Numbered from the stretch's first letter, positions 9,114 to 17,383 are shown. The stretch: 64,000 nt of DNA from Burkholderiales bacterium (GCA_028872015.1 JAGWLO010000011.1:325-64324); one strand, 5' to 3'. Notes: generated by a model not told the origin, from the sequence alone. Numbers and translations are program-made.

Positions 9114-9131
9114 TATGGTCTGCGAAGCATA
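9114..9131. promoter_or_regulatory. Palindrome TATG-N10-CATA (candidate operator) in the divergent fdh / DUF3305-operon control region
   Basis: TATGGTCTGCGAAGCATA, 34 nt upstream of the GTG at 9165. Same half-sites and spacing as the sites at 17264 and 19757. The left half coincides with the -10-like hexamer TATGGT. Confidence 0.35.
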
Positions 9132-9164
9132 GGCAGGGGCTTCCACCTGCCGGGAGTTGGGAAC

Positions 9165-9416
9165 GTGAAGACCGATCCAGCCTCGGCGCCCCGCGCGCCG
9201 GCCCCCCCCGAAGCCGGCCTGTCGCGCCGCCGCCTCTTCGCCGCCGGCGCCGGCACCGCCAGCGCGCTGGCCGCCGCGGCGGTGCTGCTGCCGCGCAGCG
9301 CGAACCAGGCCCCTGCCACAGCCCTGGCCGCGGCTGAATCCCAGACCCCGGCCGCCGCCGATGGCTATCGCCTGAGCGACCACGTCAAGCGCTACTACCG
9401 CACCGCCAGGCTCTGA
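9165..9416 (+). CDS. Small twin-arginine-signal protein of the formate dehydrogenase region
   Basis: GTG 9165 preceded by GGGAG (9152-9156). Tat motif SRRRLFAAGAG. C-terminus GYRLSDHVKRYYRTARL. Fits the small 'formate dehydrogenase region TAT target' family (TIGR02811 as I recall). Confidence 0.65.
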   Translation: MKTDPASAPRAPAPPEAGLSRRRLFAAGAGTASALAAAAVLLPRSANQAPATALAAAESQTPAAADGYRLSDHVKRYYRTARL

Positions 9417-9424
9417 GGCGCCGT

Positions 9425-9444
9425 GCCCGGCCCGGTGGCCGGGC
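9425..9444 (+). other. Perfect 8-bp stem-loop between the small Tat gene and fdhA
   Basis: GCCCGGCC-CGGT-GGCCGGGC with no following T-run. Possible mRNA stability or attenuation element. Confidence 0.3.
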
Positions 9445-9521
9445 CGCTCGCCAGCCCGCGTCCATTCCGGCAGGCCGGCCCGACGGCCCTCATGCCGCAT
9501 ACCTGCTCCGAGGATTCGTCC

Positions 9522-12509
9522 ATGCTGCTCACCCGCAAGTCCAGCGCCACCGGCACGCCCGGCTCGGGCCTGGTCGCCAGCCTCGCCCGCGGCGTCTCGC
9601 GCGCCGTGCCCACCATGGACCGGCGCGCCTTCCTGCGCCGCTCGGGCCTGGGCGTGGGCGCCGGGCTGGCCGCGTCCCAGCTGATGCTGGTGCAGAAGTC
9701 GCAGGCGGCCGACCCGGCCGGTGCGGCGTCGCCGGCGGCCGGCAGCAGCCAGGTCGTGGTGCGGCGCACGGTGTGCAGCCACTGCTCGGTGGGCTGCGCC
9801 GTCGATGCGGTGGTCGACAACGGCGTGTGGGTGCGCCAGGAGCCGGTGTTCGACAGCCCCATCAACCTGGGCGCGCACTGCGCCAAGGGGGCGGCGCTGC
9901 GCGAGCACGGCCATGGCGAGTACCGCCTGAAGTACCCGATGAAGCTGGTGGACGGCAAGTACCAGCGCATCGGCTGGGACCAGGCGCTGGACGAGATCAG
10001 CAAGCAGATGCTGGCCCTGCGCCAGGCCAGCGGCCCCGACTCGATGTTCTTCGTCGGCAGCTCCAAGCACAACAACGAGCAGGCCTACCTGCTGCGCAAG
10101 TGGGTGTCGTTCTGGGGCACGAACAACACCGACCACCAGGCGCGCATCTGCCACAGCACCACGGTCGCGGGCGTCGCGAACACCTGGGGCTACGGCGCGA
10201 TGACGAATTCGTACAACGACATGCAGAACGCCCGGGCGGCGATGTACATCGGCAGCAACGCCGCCGAGGCGCACCCGGTGAGCATGCTGCACCTGCTGCA
10301 CGCCAAGGAGAACGGCTGCAAGGTCATCGTCGTCGACCCGCGCTTCACGCGCACGGCGGCCAAGGCCGACCACCACGTGCGCATCCGCTCGGGCTCGGAC
10401 ATTCCCTTCGTGTTCGGGGTGCTGTACCAGGTGTTCAAGAACGGCTGGGAAGACAAGCAGTACATCGCCGACCGTGTCTGGGGCATGGACAAGGTGCGCG
10501 AGGAGGTGATGGCCAAGTGGACGCCCGACAAGGTGCAGGAGGCCTGCGGCGTCGACGAGGCCACCACCTACCTGGTGGCCAAGACGCTGGCCGAGAACCG
10601 CCCGAGCACGGTGGTCTGGTGCATGGGCCAGACCCAGCACACCACCGGCAACGCGGTCGTGCGCAGCTCGTGCCTGCTGCAGCTGGCGCTGGGCAACGTG
10701 GGCGTCAGCGGCGGCGGCACCAACATCTTCCGCGGCCACGACAACGTGCAGGGCGCCACCGATGTCGGCCCCAACCCCGATTCGCTGCCCGGCTACTACG
10801 GCCTGCTCGAGGGCTCGTGGAAGCACTATGCCCAGGCCTGGGGGGTGGACTTCGAGTGGATCAAGGGCCGCTTCGCGCCCGGCATGATGGGCAAGTCCGG
10901 CATGACCGTGTCGCGCTGGATCGACGGCGTGCTCGAGAAGAACGACCTCATCGACCAGGACAGCAACCTGCGCGGCCTGGTGTTCTGGGGCCACGCGCCC
11001 AACTCGCAGACGCGCGGGCTCGAGATGAAGCGGGCGATGGACAAGCTCGACCTGCTGGTGGTGATCGATCCCTACCCCTCGGCCACCGCGGCCATGGCGG
11101 CCATGCCGGGCGCCGCCGGCGAGCTCAACCCGAACCGCGCGGTCTACCTGCTGCCGGCCTGCACGCAGTTCGAGACCAGCGGCTCGGTGACGGCGTCCAA
11201 CCGCTCGCTGCAGTGGCGCGAGAAGGTCATCGAGCCGCTGTGGGACAGCCGCACCGACCACATGATCATGGCCCAGCTGGCCGACAAGCTGGGCTTCGGC
11301 AAGGAGTTCGTCAAGAACTACAAGATGGTGCCGGGCAAGGGCGGCCTGCCCGAGCCCGAGACCGAGTCGGTGCTGCGCGAGATCAACAGCTGCGTCTGGA
11401 GCATCGGCTACACCGGCCAGAGCCCCGAGCGGCTGCAGGCGCACATGCGCAACATGAACGTCTTCGACGTGAGCACGCTGCGCGCGCGCGGCGGCATCGA
11501 CCAGGCCACCGGCTACAAGCTCGACGGCGAGTACTTCGGTCTGCCCTGGCCCTGCTACGGCAAGCCCGAGCTGCGCCATCCGGGCAGCCCCAACCTGTAC
11601 GACACCAGCAAGCATGTCATGGAGGGCGGCGGCAACTTCCGCGCCAATTTCGGGGTCGAGCGCGACGGGCAGTCGCTGCTGGCCGCGGACGGATCGCACA
11701 GCAAGGGATCCGACCTCACCACGGGCTACCCCGAATTCGACCACCTGCTGCTGAAGAAGCTGGGCTGGTGGGGCGACCTCACCGAGGCCGAGCAGAAGGC
11801 CGCCGACGGCAAGAACTGGAAGACCGACCCCAGCGGCGGCATCATCCGCGTGGCGATGCAGGTGCACGGCTGCCACCCCTTCGGCAACGCCCGCGCGCGT
11901 GCCGTGGTGTGGAACTTTCCCGACGCGATTCCGCAGCACCGCGAGCCGCTGTACAGCACCCGCCCCGACCTCGTGGCCAAGTACCCCACGCACGACGACA
12001 AGAAGGTCTTCTGGCGCCTGCCCACGCTGTTCAAGAGCGTGCAGCAGAAGAACATCGACATCGGCAAGACCTTCCCGCTCATCATGACCAGCGGCCGCCT
12101 GGTGGAGTACGAAGGCGGCGGCGAGGAGACGCGCTCCAACCCCTGGCTGGCCGAATTGCAGCAGCACATGTTCGTCGAGATCAACCCGCGCGCCGCGAAC
12201 GACCGCGGCATCCGCGACGGCGACGACGTCTGGGTGCGCACGCCGCCGATGCAGGGCCTGGCCGGCTTCAAGGGCCTGCGCGTGAAGGCGCGCGTGACCG
12301 AGAGCGTGGGCGAGGACACGGTGTTCCTGCCCTTCCACTTCTCGGGCCACTGGAACGGCGCCGACCTGGCGCCCTACTACCCCGAAGGCGCCATGCCCGT
12401 GATCCGCGGCGAGGCTGTCAACACCGGCACCACCTACGGCTACGACAGCGTGACGATGATGCAGGAGACCAAGACCACCGTCTGCCAGATCGAGCGCGCC
12501 TCGACGTAA
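9522..12509 (+). CDS. fdhA: Formate dehydrogenase catalytic (alpha) subunit, bis-MGD molybdo/tungstoenzyme, Tat-exported, Cys-type
   Basis: ATG 9522 preceded by GAGGA (9510-9514). Tat motif MDRRAFLRRSGLG. 4Fe-4S motif CSHCSVGCAV. Active-site segment HQARICHSTTVAG aligns with the ARV-U-HGPTVA Sec site of E. coli FdnG, with Cys codon TGC at 10149-10151. Confidence 0.9.
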   Translation: MLLTRKSSATGTPGSGLVASLARGVSRAVPTMDRRAFLRRSGLGVGAGLAASQLMLVQKSQAADPAGAASPAAGSSQVVVRRTVCSHCSVGCAVDAVVDNGVWVRQEPVFDSPINLGAHCAKGAALREHGHGEYRLKYPMKLVDGKYQRIGWDQALDEISKQMLALRQASGPDSMFFVGSSKHNNEQAYLLRKWVSFWGTNNTDHQARICHSTTVAGVANTWGYGAMTNSYNDMQNARAAMYIGSNAAEAHPVSMLHLLHAKENGCKVIVVDPRFTRTAAKADHHVRIRSGSDIPFVFGVLYQVFKNGWEDKQYIADRVWGMDKVREEVMAKWTPDKVQEACGVDEATTYLVAKTLAENRPSTVVWCMGQTQHTTGNAVVRSSCLLQLALGNVGVSGGGTNIFRGHDNVQGATDVGPNPDSLPGYYGLLEGSWKHYAQAWGVDFEWIKGRFAPGMMGKSGMTVSRWIDGVLEKNDLIDQDSNLRGLVFWGHAPNSQTRGLEMKRAMDKLDLLVVIDPYPSATAAMAAMPGAAGELNPNRAVYLLPACTQFETSGSVTASNRSLQWREKVIEPLWDSRTDHMIMAQLADKLGFGKEFVKNYKMVPGKGGLPEPETESVLREINSCVWSIGYTGQSPERLQAHMRNMNVFDVSTLRARGGIDQATGYKLDGEYFGLPWPCYGKPELRHPGSPNLYDTSKHVMEGGGNFRANFGVERDGQSLLAADGSHSKGSDLTTGYPEFDHLLLKKLGWWGDLTEAEQKAADGKNWKTDPSGGIIRVAMQVHGCHPFGNARARAVVWNFPDAIPQHREPLYSTRPDLVAKYPTHDDKKVFWRLPTLFKSVQQKNIDIGKTFPLIMTSGRLVEYEGGGEETRSNPWLAELQQHMFVEINPRAANDRGIRDGDDVWVRTPPMQGLAGFKGLRVKARVTESVGEDTVFLPFHFSGHWNGADLAPYYPEGAMPVIRGEAVNTGTTYGYDSVTMMQETKTTVCQIERAST

Positions 12510-12518
12510 GGAATCGAC

Positions 12519-13154
12519 ATGGCCCGAATGAAATTCATCTGCGACACCGAGCGCTGCATCGAGTGCAACGGCTGTGCCACCGCCTGCAAGGCCGAGAACG
12601 ACATCCCTTGGGGCGTGAACCGGCGCCGCGTGGTGACCATGAACGACGGCGTGCCGGGCGAGAAGAGCATCTCGGTGGCCTGCATGCACTGCAGCGACGC
12701 ACCCTGCATGGCGGTGTGCCCGGTGGACTGCTTCTACCGCACCGACGAAGGCGTGGTGCTGCACGACAAGGACGTCTGCATCGGTTGCGGCTACTGCAGC
12801 TATGCCTGCCCGTTCGGCGCGCCGCAGTTTCCCGCCAACGGCAGCTTCGGCCTGCGCGGCAAGATGGACAAGTGCACCTTCTGCGCCGGCGGACCCGAGG
12901 CCAACGGCAGCCAGGCCGAGTTCGAGAAGTACGGCCGCAACCGCCTGTCCGAAGGCAAGCTGCCGGCCTGCGCCGAGATGTGCAGCACCAAGGCCCTGCT
13001 GGCCGGCGACGGCGACGTGGTGGCCGACATCTTCCGCCAGCGCGTGTTGGTGCGCGGCAAGGGCAGCGAGGTCTGGGGCTGGGGCACGGCCTATGGCAAA
13101 CCCGCCACGGGCGCGACGCCCGCGCCCCAGGCCGCCGCGGGGGCGAAGTCATGA
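12519..13154 (+). CDS. fdhB: Formate dehydrogenase iron-sulfur (beta) subunit
   Basis: AAGGA SD at 12508-12512. Four Cys clusters (CIECNGCATAC, CMHCSDAPC, CIGCGYCSYAC, CTFC). 211 aa with no C-terminal TM helix (FdhABC type). Confidence 0.85.
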   Translation: MARMKFICDTERCIECNGCATACKAENDIPWGVNRRRVVTMNDGVPGEKSISVACMHCSDAPCMAVCPVDCFYRTDEGVVLHDKDVCIGCGYCSYACPFGAPQFPANGSFGLRGKMDKCTFCAGGPEANGSQAEFEKYGRNRLSEGKLPACAEMCSTKALLAGDGDVVADIFRQRVLVRGKGSEVWGWGTAYGKPATGATPAPQAAAGAKS

Positions 13155-13393
13155 CGGCGCGCCGAAGCGGCCCGCTGTGGGCCGGCCTGGCGGCGGCGCT
13201 GCTGCTGGTCGCCTGCGGCGAGAAGCCGCAGACCCTGGGGCCCCGCAAAGGCGATCAGCCGGCCTACACCGGCCCGGCCACGGCCTTCACCGCGCCGGGC
13301 TGGATACCGGGCAACGAGGCGAGCTGGAGCGCCGAGCTGCGCACCCGCGCCGAGCGCGGCCAGAACGAATACACCCGGATCCAGCCCCGCTGA
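13151..13393 (+). CDS. Small lipoprotein embedded in the fdh operon
   Basis: ATGA overlap with the fdhB stop. 80 aa with high GC3. Signal peptide with lipobox LLVAC. Confidence 0.6.
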   Translation: MTARRSGPLWAGLAAALLLVACGEKPQTLGPRKGDQPAYTGPATAFTAPGWIPGNEASWSAELRTRAERGQNEYTRIQPR

Positions 13394-13418
13394 GGCGGCC
13401 GCGCAACCCGGAGCCGCC

Positions 13419-14570
13419 ATGCAAGGCCTGATGCGACCCCTACTCCTGGCTGCCGGACTGGCCGCCGTGCTCCTGCTGCCCCCCGCCCCGGCCCGGGCCC
13501 AGGCCACGGCGCCGGACGCCGCGCAGCCGGCATCGGCCTCCGCGCTGCCGCGCCCCGACGACACCGAGGCCCGGCGCGCGCTGGTGCAGCCCGGCAACAA
13601 CGCGCCGCTGTGGCGCGCGGTGCGGCGCTCGGGCGACCAGGCCGGCGTGAGCACGCTGCCCGGCGCCGAGCAGGGCGTGCTGATCCAGCGCTTCGTGCAG
13701 CTGCCGGGCTCGCGCGGGGTGACCGCCGGCGAAGCCTGGCGCGAGCTGCGCAACCGCTGGCTGCTGCCCTACGGCGGCGCCCTGCTGCTCATCGTGCTGG
13801 GGGCGGTGGGGTTGTTCTACTGGCGACGCGGCCCGCTCGGCAGCGAGGTCCCGGACGGCGGCCGCCTGATCGAGCGGTTCACGCCTTTCGAGCGTTCGGC
13901 GCACTGGGCCAACGCCATCGCCTTCGTCGTGCTGGCCGCCTCGGGCCTGGTCATGGCCTTCGGCAAGTTCGTGCTGCTGCCGGTGCTCGGCGGGCAGCTC
14001 TTCGGCTGGCTGACCTATGCGTTGAAGACGGTGCACAACTTCGTCGGGCCGCTGTTCGTGGTCTCGCTCGCGATCGTCTTCGTCACCTTCGTGCGCGACA
14101 ACCTGCCGGGCCGCGGCGACCTCGACTGGCTGCGCCGCGGCGGTGGCCTGTTCGGCGGCCACGAGGCGCCGTCGCACCGCTTCAACGCCGGCGAGAAGCT
14201 GGTGTTCTGGGGCGGCGTGCTGGCGCTGGGCGCGGTGGTCATCGGCTCGGGCCTGGTGCTCGACCGCCTCATCCCGGGCTGGGGCATCACGCGCGGCGAG
14301 ATGCAGGTGGCCAGCGTGGTGCACAGCGTGGCCACCGGCCTGATGATGGCGATGTTCATCGGCCACATCTACATCGGCAGCATCGGCATGAAGGGCGCCT
14401 ACCAGGCCATGCGCCGGGGCTACGTCGATGCCAACTGGGCCCGCGCCCATCACCCGTGGTGGTACGACGACATCGAGGCGGGCAAGATCCCGGCCCAGCG
14501 CTCGTCCGTGCGGGCGCCCGCCCCCTCGGCCCCGGCCGCCGGCCTGGGCGATCCGTCGGCCCAGGCCTGA
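13419..14570 (+). CDS. fdhC: Formate dehydrogenase cytochrome b (gamma) subunit with N-terminal periplasmic extension
   Basis: GGAG SD 6 nt upstream. Signal peptide, then about 120 aa, then 4-5 TM helices with His ligand contexts (ERSAHWANAIAF, KTVHNFVGP, SVVHSVATG, GHIYIGS) typical of FdnI-like cytochrome b. Confidence 0.8.
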   Translation: MQGLMRPLLLAAGLAAVLLLPPAPARAQATAPDAAQPASASALPRPDDTEARRALVQPGNNAPLWRAVRRSGDQAGVSTLPGAEQGVLIQRFVQLPGSRGVTAGEAWRELRNRWLLPYGGALLLIVLGAVGLFYWRRGPLGSEVPDGGRLIERFTPFERSAHWANAIAFVVLAASGLVMAFGKFVLLPVLGGQLFGWLTYALKTVHNFVGPLFVVSLAIVFVTFVRDNLPGRGDLDWLRRGGGLFGGHEAPSHRFNAGEKLVFWGGVLALGAVVIGSGLVLDRLIPGWGITRGEMQVASVVHSVATGLMMAMFIGHIYIGSIGMKGAYQAMRRGYVDANWARAHHPWWYDDIEAGKIPAQRSSVRAPAPSAPAAGLGDPSAQA

Positions 14571-14599
14571 GCCGGGTGCCGCAACAGGAGACCTCCCCG

Positions 14600-14983
14600 A
14601 TGACGCTTGCGCTTTCCCTGGTTCGGCCGGGTCTGGCTGCCGTGCTGCTCATGGGGGCCCTGGCCGTCCCGGCGAGCCTGGCACTGGCCAAGCTGCCGCC
14701 GCCGAGCGACGAGGCCAAGGCCAAGGCGGCCGAGGCCGCCGCCAAGACCGCCTGGGCGGGCAAGGTCGACGCCTACCTGCTGTGCAAGAGCATGGACCAC
14801 GTGGCGGCGGTGTACCGGGCGCAGCAGGCCCGGGCCGGCAAGCCGGTGCCGCCGCCGGTGGCCACGCCGCCCTGCGTCGACCCGGGCCCGTTCGCCTACG
14901 CGCCGGCAGCGCCGGCCTCCGCGGCATCGGCCACGAGCGCGACCGTGAGCGCGGTCAAGAAGCCGGCCGTGGGCCAGCCGTGA
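14600..14983 (+). CDS. Small secreted protein embedded in the fdh operon
   Basis: ATG 14600 preceded by CAGGAG. 127 aa with signal peptide ...ASLALA-KLPPP, two Cys, an Ala/Pro-rich tail and high GC3. Its stop overlaps the fdhD start (GTGA). Confidence 0.55.
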   Translation: MTLALSLVRPGLAAVLLMGALAVPASLALAKLPPPSDEAKAKAAEAAAKTAWAGKVDAYLLCKSMDHVAAVYRAQQARAGKPVPPPVATPPCVDPGPFAYAPAAPASAASATSATVSAVKKPAVGQP

Positions 14984-15891
14984 ACCCGGCCGCGCTCGAC
15001 CTGCCGCGGCCGGCCCTGCAGCCGGTGGCCGGCGCGCCGCAGCTGACCGCCGCCCGCTGCGAATTGCTGCGCGAGATCCGCATCGTCGACGAGTACGGCG
15101 AGCAACGCAGCCTGCACATCCCGGCCGAGCGCCCGCTCACGGTCTTCGTCGACAAGCGGGAACTGGTCACGCTGATGACGCTGGGTGCCTGCCCCGAACT
15201 GCTGGTGCTGGGCTACCTGTGCAACCAGCGCCTGATCGAGCGCGTGCAGCAGGTGCACTCGGTCACGGTGGACTGGGAGGTCGGCGCCGCCGCCGTGCGC
15301 ACCCACGGCGGCGTGGCCGACCTGGCCGCCAAGACCGCCCGGCGCGTGGTCACCACGGGCTGCGGGCAGGGCACGGTCTTCGGTGACGTGATGTCGCAGC
15401 TGGACCGGGTGACGCTGCCCGATGCCGCCAGCGCCCGCATCGCCCAGGGCACGCTGCACCGCATGCTCGAGACCATGCGCCAGCAGGACAGCATCCACCG
15501 CAAGGCCGGCTCGGTGCACGGTTGTGCGCTGTTCCGCCTGGCCGGCAGCGCGGCCGACCTGCTGATGTTCGTCGAGGACGTGGGCCGCCACAATGCCATC
15601 GACACCATCGCGGGCTGGATGGCCATGCACGGCGTGACCGGGGCCGACAAGGCCTTCTACACCACGGGCCGGCTGACCAGCGAGATGGTGATGAAAGCGG
15701 CGCAGCTGGGGGTGCCGATCATCGTCTCGCGCAACGGCGTCACGGCGATGGGGCACGAGCTGGCCACGCGCCTGGGCATGACGCTCTTCGGCCGCGCGGC
15801 CAACCGGCACTTCCTGTGCTACACGGGCGCCGAGCGCTTCGACGCCGAGCCCGAGCCGCAGCGCGGCCCGATGCGCGTGGTCGCCGGTTGA
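14980..15891 (+). CDS. fdhD: Formate dehydrogenase accessory sulfurtransferase FdhD
   Basis: GTG start overlapping the upstream stop. VEDVGRHNAIDTIAG motif and overall FdhD/NarQ-like sequence. Confidence 0.85.
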   Translation: MNPAALDLPRPALQPVAGAPQLTAARCELLREIRIVDEYGEQRSLHIPAERPLTVFVDKRELVTLMTLGACPELLVLGYLCNQRLIERVQQVHSVTVDWEVGAAAVRTHGGVADLAAKTARRVVTTGCGQGTVFGDVMSQLDRVTLPDAASARIAQGTLHRMLETMRQQDSIHRKAGSVHGCALFRLAGSAADLLMFVEDVGRHNAIDTIAGWMAMHGVTGADKAFYTTGRLTSEMVMKAAQLGVPIIVSRNGVTAMGHELATRLGMTLFGRAANRHFLCYTGAERFDAEPEPQRGPMRVVAG

Positions 15892-15905
15892 GACGGCGCG
15901 CCACG

Positions 15906-15923
15906 GCGCCGCCGCAGCGGCGC
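15906..15923. terminator. Short hairpin between convergent fdhD and moeA
   Basis: GCGCCGC-CGCA-GCGGCGC. Its right arm touches the moeA stop codon. No T-run. Confidence 0.3.
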
Positions 15924-17197
15924 TAGACCAGGCCGTCGAAGAGCCAGACGTCCACCGGCTCGCCGGCCGCCACCGAGCCCTGCTCGTGGCGCAGCACCAG
16001 CAGCGCGTTGGCCTCGCTCATGCTGCGCAGCACGCCGGCCCCCTGCGAGCCGGTGAGCCGCACCTGCCAGCCGCCTTCGGGCGCGGGCTCGACGATGGCG
16101 CGCTGGAACTCGGTGCGCCCGGGCCGCTTGCGGATCGCCGTGGTGCAGCGCGCCTGCAGCGTGGGCAGCGGCCGCGGGCTGGCGCCGGCCAGCAGCAGCA
16201 GCGCTTCGCGCGCGAAGGCATAGAAGGTCACCAGCGCCGCCACCGGGTTGCCGGGCAGGGCGAACAGCCAGCTCGGCGCGGCGCCCGCCTCGCGCCGCAG
16301 CGGGCCGAAGGCGAACGGGCGGCCGGGCCGCATCGCCACCTTCCAGAACGCCACCTCGCCCAGGCGCGCCAGCACGGCGCGCGTGTGGTCGGCGTCGCCC
16401 ATGCTCACGCCGCCGCTGGTCAGCACCACATCGGCGTCATGCATGGCCTGCCGCAGCGTGGCCTCGAGCGCCGCCGGGTCGTCGGGCACGAGGCCCAGGT
16501 CGACCACCGTCAGGCCCAGACGCTGCAGTGCCGCCGCCAGGCTGCTGCGGTTGCTGTCGTACACGCAGCCGGCGTCCAGCGGCTGCCCGGGGCTGCGCAG
16601 CTCGTCGCCGGTGGAGAACAGCGCCACCCGCAGGCGCCGCCGCACCGCCACCTGCTGCAAGCCGAGCGAGGCGACCAGGCCCAGGTCGGCCGGCGTCAGC
16701 AGCCGGCCGGCCTGCAGGGCCGGCGTGCCGTGGCGCAGGTCTTCGCCGCGGCGGCGCCGGTTCTCGCCAGGGCGGATGACGCCCGGCTCGACCACCACGT
16801 CGCCGCCCTCGACCCGGCACAGCTCGTGCGGCACCACGGTGTCCAGGCCGGGCGGCATGACGGCGCCGGTCATGATGCGCAGGCATGCGCCGGCGCCGGT
16901 GCGGCCGGCATGCGGCGCCCCGGCATAGACGGTGCCGGCCACGCGCAGCCGGGTCGGGCCGTGGTCCTGCAGCGCGGCGCCGTCGAAGGCATAGCCGTCC
17001 ATCGCCGAGTTGTCGTGCGCCGGCACGTCGATGGGCGAGACCACGCTCTCGGCCAGCACGCGGCCCAATGCCGCCGGCAGCGGCACCACCTCGGCGGTGG
17101 TGATCGGCTGCAGCACCGCGCCGATGGCGGCGCGGGCCTCGGCCACGCTCAGGTGGCGGTCGCCGGCCGTCAGCGGCGATTCGGAAAGGTCGGGCAT
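15923..17197 (-). CDS. moeA: Molybdopterin molybdenumtransferase
   Basis: Start taken at MPDLSESPLTAGDRHLSVAEARAAI (ATG 17197; the track ORF extends further upstream). MoeA motifs LFSTGDEL and SGGVSMGDADH. Confidence 0.85.
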   Translation of the reverse strand: MPDLSESPLTAGDRHLSVAEARAAIGAVLQPITTAEVVPLPAALGRVLAESVVSPIDVPAHDNSAMDGYAFDGAALQDHGPTRLRVAGTVYAGAPHAGRTGAGACLRIMTGAVMPPGLDTVVPHELCRVEGGDVVVEPGVIRPGENRRRRGEDLRHGTPALQAGRLLTPADLGLVASLGLQQVAVRRRLRVALFSTGDELRSPGQPLDAGCVYDSNRSSLAAALQRLGLTVVDLGLVPDDPAALEATLRQAMHDADVVLTSGGVSMGDADHTRAVLARLGEVAFWKVAMRPGRPFAFGPLRREAGAAPSWLFALPGNPVAALVTFYAFAREALLLLAGASPRPLPTLQARCTTAIRKRPGRTEFQRAIVEPAPEGGWQVRLTGSQGAGVLRSMSEANALLVLRHEQGSVAAGEPVDVWLFDGLV

Positions 17198-17242
17198 CAG
17201 GGCGGGCGCGGAGCGCTTCGTGGACGAGTCGGGCAGGCCGCG

Positions 17243-17248
17243 ATTGTT
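17243..17248 (-). promoter_or_regulatory. Candidate -10 hexamer (AACAAT) for moeA
   Basis: Minus-strand AACAATCGCGGCC resembles the recurrent nAGAATCGCGC motif. 45 nt upstream of the moeA ATG. Confidence 0.2.
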
Positions 17249-17263
17249 GCAGCGGCACGGCAC

Positions 17264-17281
17264 TATGCCGCACGCGGCATA
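17264..17281. promoter_or_regulatory. Palindrome TATG-N10-CATA (candidate Mo/W-responsive operator) between moeA and tupB
   Basis: TATGCCGCACGCGGCATA is a perfect 8+2+8 inverted repeat, followed by TCGCGCG exactly as at 19757. It starts 42 nt upstream of the CAGAAT hexamer. Confidence 0.45.
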
Positions 17282-17305
17282 TCGCGCGGCCGGGCGCGCT
17301 GCCGC

Positions 17306-17311
17306 CAGAAT
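17306..17311 (+). promoter_or_regulatory. Candidate -10 hexamer (CAGAAT) for tupBCA
   Basis: CAGAATCGCGCGCC; same motif and same 42-nt offset from the palindrome as upstream of the wtpA-like gene. Confidence 0.3.
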
Positions 17312-17364
17312 CGCGCGCCTTGTCCACCGCCCGCGCCACCACCCTGCTGCACCTGCCACAGCCC

Positions 17365-17383
17365 GCCGGCATCCGATGCCGGC
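17365..17383 (+). other. Stem-loop in the putative tupB leader
   Basis: GCCGGCAT-CCG-ATGCCGGC, an 8-bp perfect stem 53 nt upstream of the tupB GTG. Confidence 0.3.

Noticed and set aside
9615-9617. Alternative fdhA start at MDRRAFLRRSG.
   Set aside because: There is no SD in front of it. ATG 9522 has GAGGA at optimal spacing and the 31 intervening codons all end in G/C. Kept as a possibility in the corresponding finding.
10149-10151. Looked for selenocysteine recoding (in-frame TGA plus SECIS) at the FDH active site.
   Set aside because: The aligned position (ARI-C-HSTTVAG) is a TGC cysteine codon and the ORF is uninterrupted, so this is a Cys-type enzyme. No Sec machinery signal is needed.
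9006-12764. 1252-aa antisense ORF covering fdhA, and similarly huge antisense or alternative-frame ORFs at 27136-31848 (1570 aa), 36726-40952 (1408 aa), 37744-42093 (1449 aa) and 2986-4371.
   Set aside because: They are typical stop-codon-poor shadow frames of very GC-rich DNA. Their products are Arg/Ala/Gly/Pro/His-rich low-complexity strings without motifs. They run across several well-supported genes and intergenic regions, and the opposite or other frame in each case encodes an unmistakable family (FdhA, DctP/DctQM/Dcd, IleS, HmgA, RibF).
9773-13393. 1206-aa plus-strand ORF in an alternative frame of fdhA/fdhB.
   Set aside because: Only its last 80 codons (13151-13393) have a start codon context, a signal peptide with lipobox and ATGA coupling. 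The upstream part is a shadow frame of fdhA/fdhB.
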